A DNA stretch of 64,000 nucleotides from Bacteroidales bacterium (lineage in GTDB: Bacteria; Bacteroidota; Bacteroidia; Bacteroidales; UBA1715). The DNA is taken from assembly GCA_024409235.1 (NCBI GenBank), contig JAKSUA010000013.1, positions 808 to 64,807 of the forward strand. The letters run 5' to 3'. The notes beneath the pieces are model-generated. The model saw nothing but the letters and a program-made list of their open reading frames with translations, was not told the origin of the DNA and did no database searches. Made by a program: the position numbers and the translations under genes. Shown piece by piece: positions 55,099 through 64,000 of this stretch. Position 1 is the first letter of the stretch. Every line of letters begins with the position of its first letter.

Positions 55099-55677
55099 AT
55101 GGAACTGATTTTTGCATCGAACAATCGTCATAAACTTGAGGAAATTTCAAAAATAGCTGGAGATAAATTCTCTATACTTAATTTGAAACAGGCAAATTGT
55201 GAGGGAGAGATTCCTGAAACTGGTGAAACTTTAGCAGAGAATGCCTTGCAAAAAGCTCGTTGGGTTTACGAGAGAACAGGTAAAAATTGTTTTGCTGATG
55301 ATACTGGTTTGGAAATAGATGCATTAAATGGGGCTCCGGGTGTTTATACTGCTCGTTTTGCTGGAGAAAATTGTACTCCAAAGGATAATATTATAAAGAC
55401 TTTGGCGTTGTTGGAAGGGGAAAAGAATAGAAAGGCTTGTTTTAAAACAGTGATTGCGTGCATTATCGACGGCAAGGAGTATCTTTTTAACGGAGAGGTA
55501 GAAGGAGATATTGCAACTGAGGAAATGGGAGAAGGTGGTTTTGGTTATGATCCAATCTTTATTCCAAAGGGTTTTGATGTTTCTTTTGCTCAAATGCCGT
55601 TGGATCAAAAAAATAAAATGAGTCATAGAGGTAGAGCTACAGCAAAGTTCATTGATTTTATTCAGACTCTACTTTAA
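55099..55677 (+). CDS. rdgB: Non-canonical purine NTP pyrophosphatase (RdgB/HAM1 family)
   Basis: MELIFASNNRHKLEEI..., FADDTGLEIDALNGAPGVYTARFAG, GFGYDPIF and SHRGRA motifs. Confidence 0.85.
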   Translation: MELIFASNNRHKLEEISKIAGDKFSILNLKQANCEGEIPETGETLAENALQKARWVYERTGKNCFADDTGLEIDALNGAPGVYTARFAGENCTPKDNIIKTLALLEGEKNRKACFKTVIACIIDGKEYLFNGEVEGDIATEEMGEGGFGYDPIFIPKGFDVSFAQMPLDQKNKMSHRGRATAKFIDFIQTLL

Positions 55678-55701
55678 ATTTTTGACATAAAAATAAACCG
55701 A

Positions 55702-56427
55702 ATGAAATCAGATAGTATTGTCATAATACCAACGTATAACGAAAAGGAGAATATAGAGAGGATTCTTCGTTGTGTTCTTTCCTACGAGAAACAATTTGAT
55801 ATTCTTGTTGTTGACGACAATTCTCCTGATGGAACGGCAACAATAGTAAAAACGTTACAGAAGGAATTTTCTGATAGAATTTATTTACTTGAACGTCCTG
55901 GAAAACAAGGACTTGGTGTTGCTTATATTGCGGGTTTCAAGTGGGCACTCGAAAATTGTTATGACTTTATTTTTGAAATGGATGCCGATTTTTCTCATAA
56001 TCCTGATGATTTAATCCGTTTGTATAATGCTTGTGCAGTTGGAGGTGCGGACGCTTCTGTTGGTTCCCGTTATGTAACAGGAGTAAATGTGGTAAATTGG
56101 CCAATGAAACGTGTGTTACTTTCATATTTTGCTTCAAAATATGTACGTTTTGTCACTCGCATGCCTTTGCGTGATGCAACTGCTGGGTTTGTGTGCTATA
56201 CTTCTAAAGTATTGAAATCGTTAGATTTAGATAATATCAAATTTAAAGGTTATGCATTTCAGATAGAAATGAAATTTAAAATTTGGGATTCTGGAAACAA
56301 AATTGTTGAGGTTCCAATAATATTTACAGATAGAAAGGAAGGCACGTCAAAAATGAATGGCGGAATTATCAAGGAAGCTGTTTTCGGAGTGATTTCACTA
56401 AAGTTACAAAGTTTGTTCAAGAAATAG
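55702..56427 (+). CDS. GT2 polyprenol-phosphate mannosyltransferase (Dpm1/Ppm1-like)
   Basis: IVIIPTYNEKENI, VVDDNSPDGT and EMDADFSH (DxD-like) motifs. 241 aa. Confidence 0.8.
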   Translation: MKSDSIVIIPTYNEKENIERILRCVLSYEKQFDILVVDDNSPDGTATIVKTLQKEFSDRIYLLERPGKQGLGVAYIAGFKWALENCYDFIFEMDADFSHNPDDLIRLYNACAVGGADASVGSRYVTGVNVVNWPMKRVLLSYFASKYVRFVTRMPLRDATAGFVCYTSKVLKSLDLDNIKFKGYAFQIEMKFKIWDSGNKIVEVPIIFTDRKEGTSKMNGGIIKEAVFGVISLKLQSLFKK

Positions 56428-56429
56428 AT

Positions 56430-57773
56430 ATGGCGACACTTTTACGTGATGGAATAATCGTAAATGAAGGCGAGCAGTTTCAAGGAAGTATTTTAATCGA
56501 AGGGGAAAAAATTGCCGAGATTTTTCGTGGAGATTTACCGCAGGATTTTTCTTTTTCAAATGTGGAAATCGTTTCTTGTGAAGGGAAAATCATTATTCCT
56601 GGAGTTATTGATGATCAAGTTCATTTCCGTGAGCCTGGATTAACACATAAAGCTACTATTGCAACGGAATCTCGTGCGGCTTTAGCTGGTGGTGTAACAA
56701 CATTTATGGATATGCCAAATGTTGCTCCGCAAACTACAACAATAGAATATTTAGAACAAAAGCTTTCAATCGCGTCAGATTCGTCTTTTGCGAATTATGC
56801 TTTCTACTTTGGAGCAACAAACACTAATATTGATCAGCTTCGTGCTTTGGACAAAAACATTGTTTGCGGTGTAAAAGTTTTTATGGGATCAAGCACAGGA
56901 AACATGCTAGTAGATGATGAAGATACTTTACGAAAGATTTTCTCAGAAACAAAAATTCCTGTTGCGGTTCATTGCGAAGATGAAATAACAATAAAAGAAA
57001 ACATAGCTAAATTTTCCGCTATGTATGGTGACAATATACCGTTTAGTTGTCATCCAAAAATTCGTAGCAATGAAGCTTGTTTTAAGTCAACCCAAAAGGC
57101 AGTAGAATTGGCAAAACAGTGCGAGACTCATCTTCATGTATTACATCTTTCAACTGCTGAAGAAATGAACTTGTTTAGTCAGGAAGATGTCAAGAACAAA
57201 AGAATCACAGCTGAGGTTTGTGTGCATCATTTGTGGTTTACAGATAATGATTATGCAGAAAAGGGTGCTTTTATTAAATGTAATCCTGCAATAAAATCAC
57301 AAAAGGATAGAGACGCACTTCGCCAGGCGTTGATGGAAGGAAGAATTGATGTTGTTGCAACTGACCATGCTCCACATACAATTGATGAAAAAAATCGTCC
57401 TTATACAAAATCAGCATCGGGAATGCCGTTGGTTCAACATTCGTTACTTGTAATGCTTGAATTATATAAACAAGGTGTGATTTCCTTGCCTCTTGTTGTA
57501 CAGAAAATGTGTCATAATCCGGCGATTTTGTTCAGTATTAAGGACAGAGGATTTATTCGTAAGAATTACTTCGCAGATTTGGTAGTAATTGATTTACAGA
57601 AAGATACACTGGTTAATAAAGATAATATTCTGTACAAATGTGGTTGGTCACCATTAGAAGGTACTTGTTTATCTGCAAAAGTTGAAAAAACATTCTTGAA
57701 TGGTACTTGTGTATATTCAGAGGGGAATTTTTCTGATATACGAAAAGCACATCAAATTACGTTCTCACATTAA
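56430..57773 (+). CDS. pyrC: Dihydroorotase
   Basis: Amidohydrolase metal-binding motif GVIDDQVHFREPG, then AALAGGVTTFMDMPN and VATDHAPH. 447 aa. Confidence 0.85.
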   Translation: MATLLRDGIIVNEGEQFQGSILIEGEKIAEIFRGDLPQDFSFSNVEIVSCEGKIIIPGVIDDQVHFREPGLTHKATIATESRAALAGGVTTFMDMPNVAPQTTTIEYLEQKLSIASDSSFANYAFYFGATNTNIDQLRALDKNIVCGVKVFMGSSTGNMLVDDEDTLRKIFSETKIPVAVHCEDEITIKENIAKFSAMYGDNIPFSCHPKIRSNEACFKSTQKAVELAKQCETHLHVLHLSTAEEMNLFSQEDVKNKRITAEVCVHHLWFTDNDYAEKGAFIKCNPAIKSQKDRDALRQALMEGRIDVVATDHAPHTIDEKNRPYTKSASGMPLVQHSLLVMLELYKQGVISLPLVVQKMCHNPAILFSIKDRGFIRKNYFADLVVIDLQKDTLVNKDNILYKCGWSPLEGTCLSAKVEKTFLNGTCVYSEGNFSDIRKAHQITFSH

Positions 57774-57783
57774 AAATATTAAT

Positions 57784-59964
57784 ATGAAAAAGTTTCTATT
57801 TACAGTTTGCGTTTTGTGTTGTATTAATCCGATTTTTGCGGATGAAGGAATGTGGTTGTTGAATATGCTTGACAAATTAAATATCGAGCAGAAAGGATGT
57901 AAACTCACACCAGATCAGATATATAGCATAAATCATTCTTCTTTAAAAGATGCAATTTTAGGACTTTCCGAAGCAGACAGACCATATAATTTCTTTTGTA
58001 CGTCGGAAATTGTTTCTCCACAGGGATTGGTATTCACCAACTATCATTGTGGTTTTGAAATGATACAGAAGCACACAAGTATTACAAAGAATTATATTGA
58101 TAATGGATTCTGGGCAATGAGTCAAGAGGAAGAATTGCCTAATGAAGGTATTATGGCAACACGTGTTGTTGCAATGTACGATGTAACTGACCGAGTTTTT
58201 GCAGGATTAAATCCTCAAAAAGCTTCTGGTGAATTGGAATATGATGATGACGAAGAAAAAGAAATTACTCCGTCATTGAAATCAGTTCTTGAGGATATTA
58301 AGAAAAGTGTTACAGATACATGCTCTTATGGGGCTTCAGTAAAGTCATTTTTTGAAGGAAATCAATATTTTCTATTCGTTTATGAATCATATAAGGATGT
58401 TCGTTTGGTAGGAGCTCCTCCAAGAACAATTGGAAAATTTGGTGATGAAACAGACAACTGGATTTGGCCTCGTCAAACAGGTGATTTTTGTGTTTTGCGT
58501 GTATATACAGATGAATCAGGAATACCTGCAGAATATTCTGAAAAAAATAAACATCTATCTCCTAAACATTTTTTACCAGTTTCATTAAAAGGTGTTGAAG
58601 AAGGTGATTACGCAATGATTTTGGGTTTCCCTGGCTCAACAGATCGTTATCGCTCGGCTGATGATATAAAGTATTTCCAACAAGTTAATAATGCGACTGT
58701 TAAATTAGTTGGAGACCTTTCTTTGGCAACTTATAAGAAATATATGAATGTTGATAGCCTTATTCGTATTAAATATGCCTCGAAGTATGATTCAATGAGT
58801 AATTATTGGAAATACAGTATTGGTCAAAATAAGGGAATAAAAGATTTAAACGTCGTTGAGAAAAAATTAGAACAGGAAAAACTGTTGTCGCAGTGGATTA
58901 ATTCTGATTCTGCGCGTATAGAAAAATACGGTCATGTTCTTGATACAATGAAGAACTATTATTCAGATTTAGTATTTCAGAATAGTCGTATGGTGATGTT
59001 AAATATTGGCATTATGAATGTAGTTGAAGCATTAATGTTTACTTACGATTGTATTGATATTCTTGACGCTATTGAAACTGCTGATCCTGTTATTATAAAG
59101 GAAACTCAGGTTGCATTAAAGGATAAGGCGAAGAAGTTCTTTAAAGATTTTGACACAAATGTCGATAAAGCTCAATTTGTTACGTTAACGCTTGGTGCTG
59201 CATACAATATGGATTATAATATGTATTCATATCCTAAATTTATCTTAAATAAAAAATATAAAGGTGATGTAGCAAAATATGCAGACGCTGTTTATTCAAA
59301 ATCTGTATTTACAGATGAAAATCGTTTTTATCAGTATTTAGAATCGCCAAGCTATAAAAAGTTTGTAGAAGATCCTATGTTTGAATTGTTGCGATACACA
59401 TTATCAAACTATTTTGGAATTAAGGAAATGCTTGCAAATAAGGCAATTGACTCTGCAAAAACTTTATATGTTGATGCTATAATGAAAATGAATCCTGATT
59501 CGTTATTTTATCCGGATGCAAATTCAACAGAACGTTTGACATACGGGAAAGTATGTAGCTATGAACCTAAAGATGGTGTTTCATATCATTATTACACAAC
59601 TTTAAAAGGAGTGATGGAGAAAAAAGATGATAAAAACCCGGAATTCCAAGTTCCTGAAAAGTTAGAACAACTATACAATGAAAAGGATTACGGACAATAT
59701 GCTGATAAAAATGGAGATATGCCTGTATGTTTCATTACAAACAATGATATAACTGGAGGAAATTCGGGAAGTCCTGTTATGAATGCAAATGGAGAATTAA
59801 TTGGACTTGCGTTTGACGGTAATTGGGAGGCTATGAGCGGTGATATAATTTATGAACCAACAGTTCAGCGAACAATAGCTGTGGATGTTCGCTATGTATT
59901 GTTTGTGATAGATAAATTCGCGGGTGCGGGATATTTGTTGGATGAAATGACTATTGTAAAATAG
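57784..59964 (+). CDS. S46 family dipeptidyl-peptidase, DPP7-type
   Basis: The start was moved to MKKFLFTVCVLCCINPIFADEGMWL (the hallmark S46 mature N-terminus DEGMW). Catalytic Ser motif TGGNSGSPV. The residue 18 positions after the Ser is Gly (FDGNWE), as I recall for DPP7; it is Arg in DPP11. Confidence 0.85.
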   Translation: MKKFLFTVCVLCCINPIFADEGMWLLNMLDKLNIEQKGCKLTPDQIYSINHSSLKDAILGLSEADRPYNFFCTSEIVSPQGLVFTNYHCGFEMIQKHTSITKNYIDNGFWAMSQEEELPNEGIMATRVVAMYDVTDRVFAGLNPQKASGELEYDDDEEKEITPSLKSVLEDIKKSVTDTCSYGASVKSFFEGNQYFLFVYESYKDVRLVGAPPRTIGKFGDETDNWIWPRQTGDFCVLRVYTDESGIPAEYSEKNKHLSPKHFLPVSLKGVEEGDYAMILGFPGSTDRYRSADDIKYFQQVNNATVKLVGDLSLATYKKYMNVDSLIRIKYASKYDSMSNYWKYSIGQNKGIKDLNVVEKKLEQEKLLSQWINSDSARIEKYGHVLDTMKNYYSDLVFQNSRMVMLNIGIMNVVEALMFTYDCIDILDAIETADPVIIKETQVALKDKAKKFFKDFDTNVDKAQFVTLTLGAAYNMDYNMYSYPKFILNKKYKGDVAKYADAVYSKSVFTDENRFYQYLESPSYKKFVEDPMFELLRYTLSNYFGIKEMLANKAIDSAKTLYVDAIMKMNPDSLFYPDANSTERLTYGKVCSYEPKDGVSYHYYTTLKGVMEKKDDKNPEFQVPEKLEQLYNEKDYGQYADKNGDMPVCFITNNDITGGNSGSPVMNANGELIGLAFDGNWEAMSGDIIYEPTVQRTIAVDVRYVLFVIDKFAGAGYLLDEMTIVK

Positions 59965-59990
59965 TCGTATGTAAATAGAGGAAGGAGAAA

Positions 59991-60026
59991 AAGAGAGACG
60001 GCATTTGTCGTCTCTCTTTCTTTTTG
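59991..60026. terminator. Bidirectional intrinsic terminator between convergent genes
   Basis: AAGAGAGACG (59991-60000) / gcatttgt / CGTCTCTCTT (60009-18), then TCTTTTT. There is an A-run upstream for the opposite strand. Confidence 0.8.
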
Positions 60027-60380
60027 TTATTTTTTAACTTTTGTAGCTTGTTTCTTTGTAGAATTCTGCTGTGTAGAAGTTTCTTCAGATGAAGTCTTTT
60101 TAACTTTTGTAGCTTGCTTTTTGTTACTGTTTGATGATTTTGTAGTTGATTGAGGATAACATATTCCGCAGGCTGTTTTTCCTGATTTTTTTGCTTCATC
60201 TAAAGTTATGTGTTTTTTAGCTCCTGTACAGTTTTTAATGTCAATGCATGAAGCAACTCTGTGATACAATGTTGATGAACTGCATGTCCAAACACTTTGC
60301 TGTTTAGAAGAGCTGGAACTTGTGCTAATTGAGAATGAACATAAAAGCACAACACTCAGGAATAAAACTGTTTTTTTCAT
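60027..60380 (-). CDS. Small exported protein with a Cys-rich (Ada-like Zn-binding-type) motif and a duplicated Lys-rich tail
   Basis: Signal peptide MKKTVLFLSVVLLCSFS. YHRVASCIDIKNCTGAKKHITLDEAKKSGKTACGICYP resembles the YH..C...A...G...C..C.P pattern. A 20-nt perfect direct repeat (60031-60050 and 60097-60116) encodes KKQATKVKK twice. Confidence 0.55.
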   Translation of the reverse strand: MKKTVLFLSVVLLCSFSISTSSSSSKQQSVWTCSSSTLYHRVASCIDIKNCTGAKKHITLDEAKKSGKTACGICYPQSTTKSSNSNKKQATKVKKTSSEETSTQQNSTKKQATKVKK

Positions 60381-60481
60381 AATTCGATAAATTTAAATTT
60401 GTCAAAGATAAAATAAATGAATTTTTGTTTTTTCTTATCCGCAAATTTTTTGCCAAAAATCCATTGCAAATAAAAAAAGTG

Positions 60482-60489
60482 TACATTTG
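60482..60489 (+). promoter_or_regulatory. TAnnTTTG -7 promoter motif
   Basis: TACATTTG lies 22 nt upstream of the ATG at 60511. Confidence 0.4.
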
Positions 60490-60510
60490 TAGCAACTTAA
60501 AAAAGTAAAA

Positions 60511-61392
60511 ATGAACTCAAAATTAGGTGTAGTTAGTCTTGTTGTAGCCATATTATTGGCACTTGGACTTGGATTTTTTGTATGGCAGAATAATCAGTTG
60601 AAAGCTGAAATAGAAATTTTGCAGGATACGGTTGCTGTAAATCAGGTGGAAAAAGCTAAATTGTTAAGTAATTTGGATTCACTTGAAGTTGAAATTAAGA
60701 AACAAGTTGCTGCAAACGAAGAAATGGATTCAGTGTTAGCTGAACGATTGGCTGAAATAGAACAAACTCGTGCAGAACTTGCTGTAGCAAAAGCTGACGC
60801 AGCATTAGTTGCAAAATATAAAAAGCAAATTGAAATTTTACGTGCAACTGCGGAACAATTTATCCGTGAAAATGATATGTTGAAGCATAAAGTTGATTCT
60901 TTAGGTTTTGAAGATAGCTTGAAGAAACGTAAAATCGATACGATGACAATTATCGATTTCCAAAAAACACAACAGATAGAGAAATTAAGTGAAAAAGTAG
61001 AACTTGGTTCACAGTTACGAATCAGTGATATTATTGCAAGAGGATACAATAAGAGCGGAAAGATTGCTACTAAAGCTCGTCGTACTGCAAAAATTGGTGT
61101 TGCTGGTACTTTGTTGAAAAATAGCTTGGCAGAATCTGGTTCAAAAACATTATTTATTAGAATAATCTCTCCAAGTGGAACTGTACTTACTGCAAGTAAT
61201 GCAAATCAGTTTGATTTTGAAGGAAAAACAATTATGTACACTGAAAAGAAGGAGTTAGGGTATAATAACGAAGATGTTAAGTTTGAAATTTTCTATGATG
61301 CTTCTAACGAAACTCTTGAAGTTGGAAATTATATGATTTCTATCTTCTGTGGAGGAAAAGAAATTGGACGTTCTTCATTAGGTTTACAATAA
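60511..61392 (+). CDS. Membrane-anchored coiled-coil protein (hypothetical)
   Basis: N-terminal TM helix (GVVSLVVAILLALGLGFFVW), ~130 aa of heptad-like coiled coil, and a beta-rich C-terminal domain. Confidence 0.6.
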   Translation: MNSKLGVVSLVVAILLALGLGFFVWQNNQLKAEIEILQDTVAVNQVEKAKLLSNLDSLEVEIKKQVAANEEMDSVLAERLAEIEQTRAELAVAKADAALVAKYKKQIEILRATAEQFIRENDMLKHKVDSLGFEDSLKKRKIDTMTIIDFQKTQQIEKLSEKVELGSQLRISDIIARGYNKSGKIATKARRTAKIGVAGTLLKNSLAESGSKTLFIRIISPSGTVLTASNANQFDFEGKTIMYTEKKELGYNNEDVKFEIFYDASNETLEVGNYMISIFCGGKEIGRSSLGLQ

Positions 61393-61401
61393 AAAAAGTA
61401 A

Positions 61402-61409
61402 TACATTTG
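61402..61409 (+). promoter_or_regulatory. TAnnTTTG motif upstream of the greA leader hairpin
   Basis: TACATTTG(C) lies 13 nt before the hairpin at 61422. Confidence 0.35.
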
Positions 61410-61421
61410 CAAGAAAGATAT

Positions 61422-61456
61422 GGGAATCCTGTTTTGTCGGGATTCCTTTTGTTTTG
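61422..61456 (+). terminator. Intrinsic terminator-like hairpin between the coiled-coil gene and greA
   Basis: GGGAATCC (61422-29) / 10-nt loop / GGATTCC(T) (61440-47), then TTTGTTTTG. It lies 21 nt upstream of the greA ATG. Confidence 0.65.
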
Positions 61457-61476
61457 TATAATTTAAAGTTTCAATT

Positions 61477-61944
61477 ATGGCAAATTATGTGACAGAAGAA
61501 GGCTTGCGAAAACTACAGCAAGAGCTTGAACAGTTGACAACAGTTGAAAGACCAAAAATCTCTCAACAAATTGCAGAGGCTCGTGATAAGGGTGATCTTT
61601 CTGAAAATGCTGAATATGATGCAGCAAGAGAAGCCCAGGGACTTTTGGAATTAAGAATTGCAAAATTGCAACAAACAATAATCGATTCACGAATTATAGA
61701 TGAATCAAAATTGGACAATTCTGTCGTTCAAATTTTATCGAAAGTTACAATTCGAAATATAAAGATGAACAAGACTATGCAATATACATTGGTCGCAGAA
61801 ACTGAAGCTGATTTTAAAAGTGGAAAGATTTCTATCAATACTCCTATTGCAAAAGGTCTTATTGGAAAAAAAGTTGGTGATGTTGCTGAAATCCAACTTC
61901 CTGCAGGAAAAACTTCATTCGAAATCGTTGAAATATCAAGATAG
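61477..61944 (+). CDS. greA: Transcription elongation factor GreA
   Basis: ...RKLQQELEQLTTVERPKISQQIAEARDKGDLSENAEYDAAREAQGLLELRIAKLQ is the canonical GreA coiled-coil with acidic tip. 155 aa. Confidence 0.9.
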   Translation: MANYVTEEGLRKLQQELEQLTTVERPKISQQIAEARDKGDLSENAEYDAAREAQGLLELRIAKLQQTIIDSRIIDESKLDNSVVQILSKVTIRNIKMNKTMQYTLVAETEADFKSGKISINTPIAKGLIGKKVGDVAEIQLPAGKTSFEIVEISR

Positions 61945-61946
61945 TT

Positions 61947-62345
61947 ATGGCTTCAATATTCTCAAAAATAGTTGCTGGTGAAATTCCTGCACACAAAGTT
62001 GCTGAAAACGAAGAGTTTCTAGCTTTTTTGGATATTAGTCCTATGACAATGGGACATACATTGGTAATTCCAAAGAAGGAAATTTCATATATTTTCGATG
62101 TTGATGATGAATTGTTGAGTCGAATGATGGTGTTTGCGAAACGTGTTGCAAAAGCAGTGGAAGCAAGTGTTACTTGTGCTCGAATTGGAGTCGGTGTTGT
62201 TGGCTTGGAAGTTCCTCATTGCCATATTCATTTGATTCCTTTGAAAAATGCTGTCGGAGAAATGAATTTTGGTGGTCCAAAACTTTCGCCGTCAAATGAG
62301 GAATTGGCAGAAATGGCTGAAAAGATTCGTTCAAATTTTAAATAA
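61947..62345 (+). CDS. HIT (histidine triad) family protein
   Basis: IFSKIVAGEIPAHKV... and the histidine triad HCHIHLIP. Confidence 0.85.
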   Translation: MASIFSKIVAGEIPAHKVAENEEFLAFLDISPMTMGHTLVIPKKEISYIFDVDDELLSRMMVFAKRVAKAVEASVTCARIGVGVVGLEVPHCHIHLIPLKNAVGEMNFGGPKLSPSNEELAEMAEKIRSNFK

Positions 62346-62349
62346 TCTG

Positions 62350-62376
62350 AAGCCGTCGATTTAAGACGGCTTTTTT
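62350..62376 (+). terminator. Intrinsic terminator after the HIT gene
   Basis: AAGCCGTC (62350-57) / gatttaa / GACGGCTT (62365-72), then TTTT. It ends 2 nt before the next ATG. Confidence 0.75.
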
Positions 62377-62378
62377 GT

Positions 62379-63692
62379 ATGCAGGACAAGATAATCATAT
62401 ATACGGAATCAAAATTTCTTCCTGAGAAGAAATATGTGTTTCAAGTGATTTTCAATGAAATTCTTGGAATAAATTATGAATTTTTCGATACTTCGGTAAG
62501 TCAGGTCTATAAGTTTGTTTTGCCGAATGGGAAATACATAGAGTTTGCAGATTGCTTTTTTACTAACATCCCAGAATCTATTGGTTATTGTTTTGCAAAA
62601 TATCTTCCTTCAAAAATATCTGAATTAAAAGGTGTTTTAAGTGATGAGGTTGTTCCGTTTTTATATGGAAATAATACTTATACGGAACATGCGAAAACGT
62701 TGTATTGCGGCGGTGATATAATAGGAAGTTCTTTCTTTATGTTAAGCCGTTGGGAAGAGTTAATTTCTGAAAAATTTGATAGATGGGGAAGATTTCCTGA
62801 AAAGGATGCATGTGCAGTAAAGTATGGCTTTATTCAAAAACCACTAGTGCATGTTTATGCAGAATTACTAAGAAAGATTTTTGCAGACTATGGTTTTGAA
62901 ATACCTCAAAATCAAATATTTAGAAAAACTTTAACTCACGATGTTGATTATATTTATAAGTGGGGACGGTCAAAAGATTTTCTAAAAAGCTGCTGTGCAG
63001 ATTTATTTAAAAGATTTTCGGTTAGAACATTCAAGTCGTCGCTAAAAATGCGTAAAAGCGGTCAGGATCCGTATGATATGTATTCGTATTTAATGGATCT
63101 TAGTGAAAAAAATGGTTTGAAATCAACATTTTATTTTTTGAATAACAAGCTGAACGACTGGGAATTAAATACAGAAAAGGGAAAGGAAATAATTTCATTG
63201 ATTCAGAAAAGGAATCATAATGTCGGAATTCATTCAAATTATTATTTGGAGGCAGATTCAGAAAAAGTTAAAATTGATAAAGAGTATTATTCAAAAATCT
63301 TTAATCGTGAGTTAATTCACAATAGACAGCATTTTTTAAAGATGAGATTTCCTCAAACGTTACGGATGCTGGAACAGAATGGTATTATCCAGGATAGCAG
63401 TATGTATTATCCACATTTTCCTGGTTTTAGAACAGGAATGTGTATAGAACATTCTGTTTTTGATTGTGAAACTCGTAAAATAATGAATATAAAAGAATTG
63501 CCTCTTACACTGATGGATGTTTCTCTTTTAAAGGCGCGAAAAAACGATGAGGCAAAGGATATGGTTGATGCCTTAATATCAACAGTAAAAAAATATAATG
63601 GAAATTTCGTCTGTCTTTGGCATAATAGTAGTTTTAATGCTAAGGAATGGAATTTTCTTGATGGTATTTACGAATATGTTGTTAATGCATAA
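62379..63692 (+). CDS. Hypothetical protein, possibly of the polysaccharide-deacetylase (CE4-like) superfamily
   Basis: 437-aa clean ORF. The central LTHDVDYIYKW and NVGIHSNYY resemble divergent NodB-fold metal-site motifs. This is a weak assignment. Confidence 0.4.
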   Translation: MQDKIIIYTESKFLPEKKYVFQVIFNEILGINYEFFDTSVSQVYKFVLPNGKYIEFADCFFTNIPESIGYCFAKYLPSKISELKGVLSDEVVPFLYGNNTYTEHAKTLYCGGDIIGSSFFMLSRWEELISEKFDRWGRFPEKDACAVKYGFIQKPLVHVYAELLRKIFADYGFEIPQNQIFRKTLTHDVDYIYKWGRSKDFLKSCCADLFKRFSVRTFKSSLKMRKSGQDPYDMYSYLMDLSEKNGLKSTFYFLNNKLNDWELNTEKGKEIISLIQKRNHNVGIHSNYYLEADSEKVKIDKEYYSKIFNRELIHNRQHFLKMRFPQTLRMLEQNGIIQDSSMYYPHFPGFRTGMCIEHSVFDCETRKIMNIKELPLTLMDVSLLKARKNDEAKDMVDALISTVKKYNGNFVCLWHNSSFNAKEWNFLDGIYEYVVNA

Positions 63693-63706
63693 TAAAGTTA
63701 TTGATA

Positions 63707-64000
63707 ATGAATAGTTTTGGAACAAATTTTAGAGTAGAAATCTTTGGTGAAAGTCATGGTGTTAAAGTTGGTGTGGTTATAGATGGTTGTCCGTCTGGAA
63801 TTGCGCTGTGCGAAGAAGATTTCTTGACAGATTTACAACGTCGTCGTTCTGGAAAGTTAGGAACTACTCCAAGAATAGAAGCCGATATGCCTCACATTGT
63901 GAGTGGTGTTTTTGAAGGAAGAACATGTGGAACTCCTATAACTATTTTGTTTGATAATACGAACACAAAATCTGGAGATTATGCAAATCTACAGGATCAT
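63707..64000 (+). CDS. aroC: Chorismate synthase, 3'-truncated by the window edge (not in the ORF track)
   Basis: Manual translation from the ATG at 63707 gives MNSFGTNFRVEIFGESHGVKVGVVIDGCPSGIALCEEDFLTDLQRRRSGKLGTTPRIEADMPHIVSGVFEGRTCGTPITILFDNTNTKSGDY..., the canonical AroC N-terminus. It is open to the end of the window. Confidence 0.9.
   Translation, partial: MNSFGTNFRVEIFGESHGVKVGVVIDGCPSGIALCEEDFLTDLQRRRSGKLGTTPRIEADMPHIVSGVFEGRTCGTPITILFDNTNTKSGDYANLQDH

Noticed and set aside
59951-60199. 82-aa minus-strand ORF overlapping the 117-aa ORF at 60027-60380 in another frame
   Set aside because: It crosses the bidirectional terminator and the end of the S46 gene. The 117-aa frame has a signal peptide and a Cys motif and is preferred.
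1-64000. Looked for a prophage, ICE, transposon, defence island (RM, TA, CBASS, retron, CRISPR-Cas) or a PUL
   Set aside because: No integrase, transposase, reverse transcriptase, nuclease/ATPase pairs, cas genes, terminal inverted repeats or SusC/SusD-like genes were recognisable. The tRNA-Arg has no adjacent integrated element. Only the small relic at 14.9-15.3 kb hints at past mobile DNA.

Overview
This 64-kb window looks like chromosomal DNA from a low-GC Bacteroidota genome. That placement is inferred from T9SS C-terminal sorting domains, recurrent TAnnTTTG(C) -7 promoter motifs, an S46 peptidase and a DUF4271 / HemD-like / RnpA / YidD gene block. All family names come from motifs read by eye; no searches were run. 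About 47% of the window (30.1 kb) is three giant plus-strand genes for secreted surface proteins. (1) nt 1-10214, at least 3382 aa and truncated at the 5' edge: four GLUG/beta-helix modules, Cys-bracketed Ig-like (SprB-repeat-like) modules, FN3-like modules and a T9SS type A CTD. (2) nt 30484-42198, 3904 aa: an RCC1 beta-propeller, several dozen Cys-bracketed Ig-like modules and a T9SS type B (gliding-motility, CHU_C-type) CTD. (3) nt 42402-50552, 2716 aa: a multi-catalytic carbohydrate-active enzyme ordered CE4 - CBM - GH8 - CBM - GH26, followed by a long stalk of alternating Listeria-Bacteroides and FIVAR-like repeats and a T9SS type A CTD. The remainder is ordinary housekeeping: an AsmA-like operon, an acyl-CoA ligase / DUF1846 operon, sufCD, tRNA-Arg(CCG), an S41 protease, yidD, rnpA, a hemD-like gene, hflX, pdxK, panE, a two-component system, rdgB, a GT2 polyprenol-P-mannose synthase, pyrC, a DPP7-type S46 peptidase, greA, a HIT protein and partial aroC. 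I saw no transposase, integrase, CRISPR array, rRNA, recognisable defence system or SusC/SusD pair. The best candidates for something new are the multi-catalytic T9SS enzyme outside any PUL, the RCC1 / type B CTD giant adhesin with no adjacent PorP/SprF partner, a shared ~95-aa Cys-bracketed module I cannot name, and a structured non-coding element at 10.28-10.58 kb.
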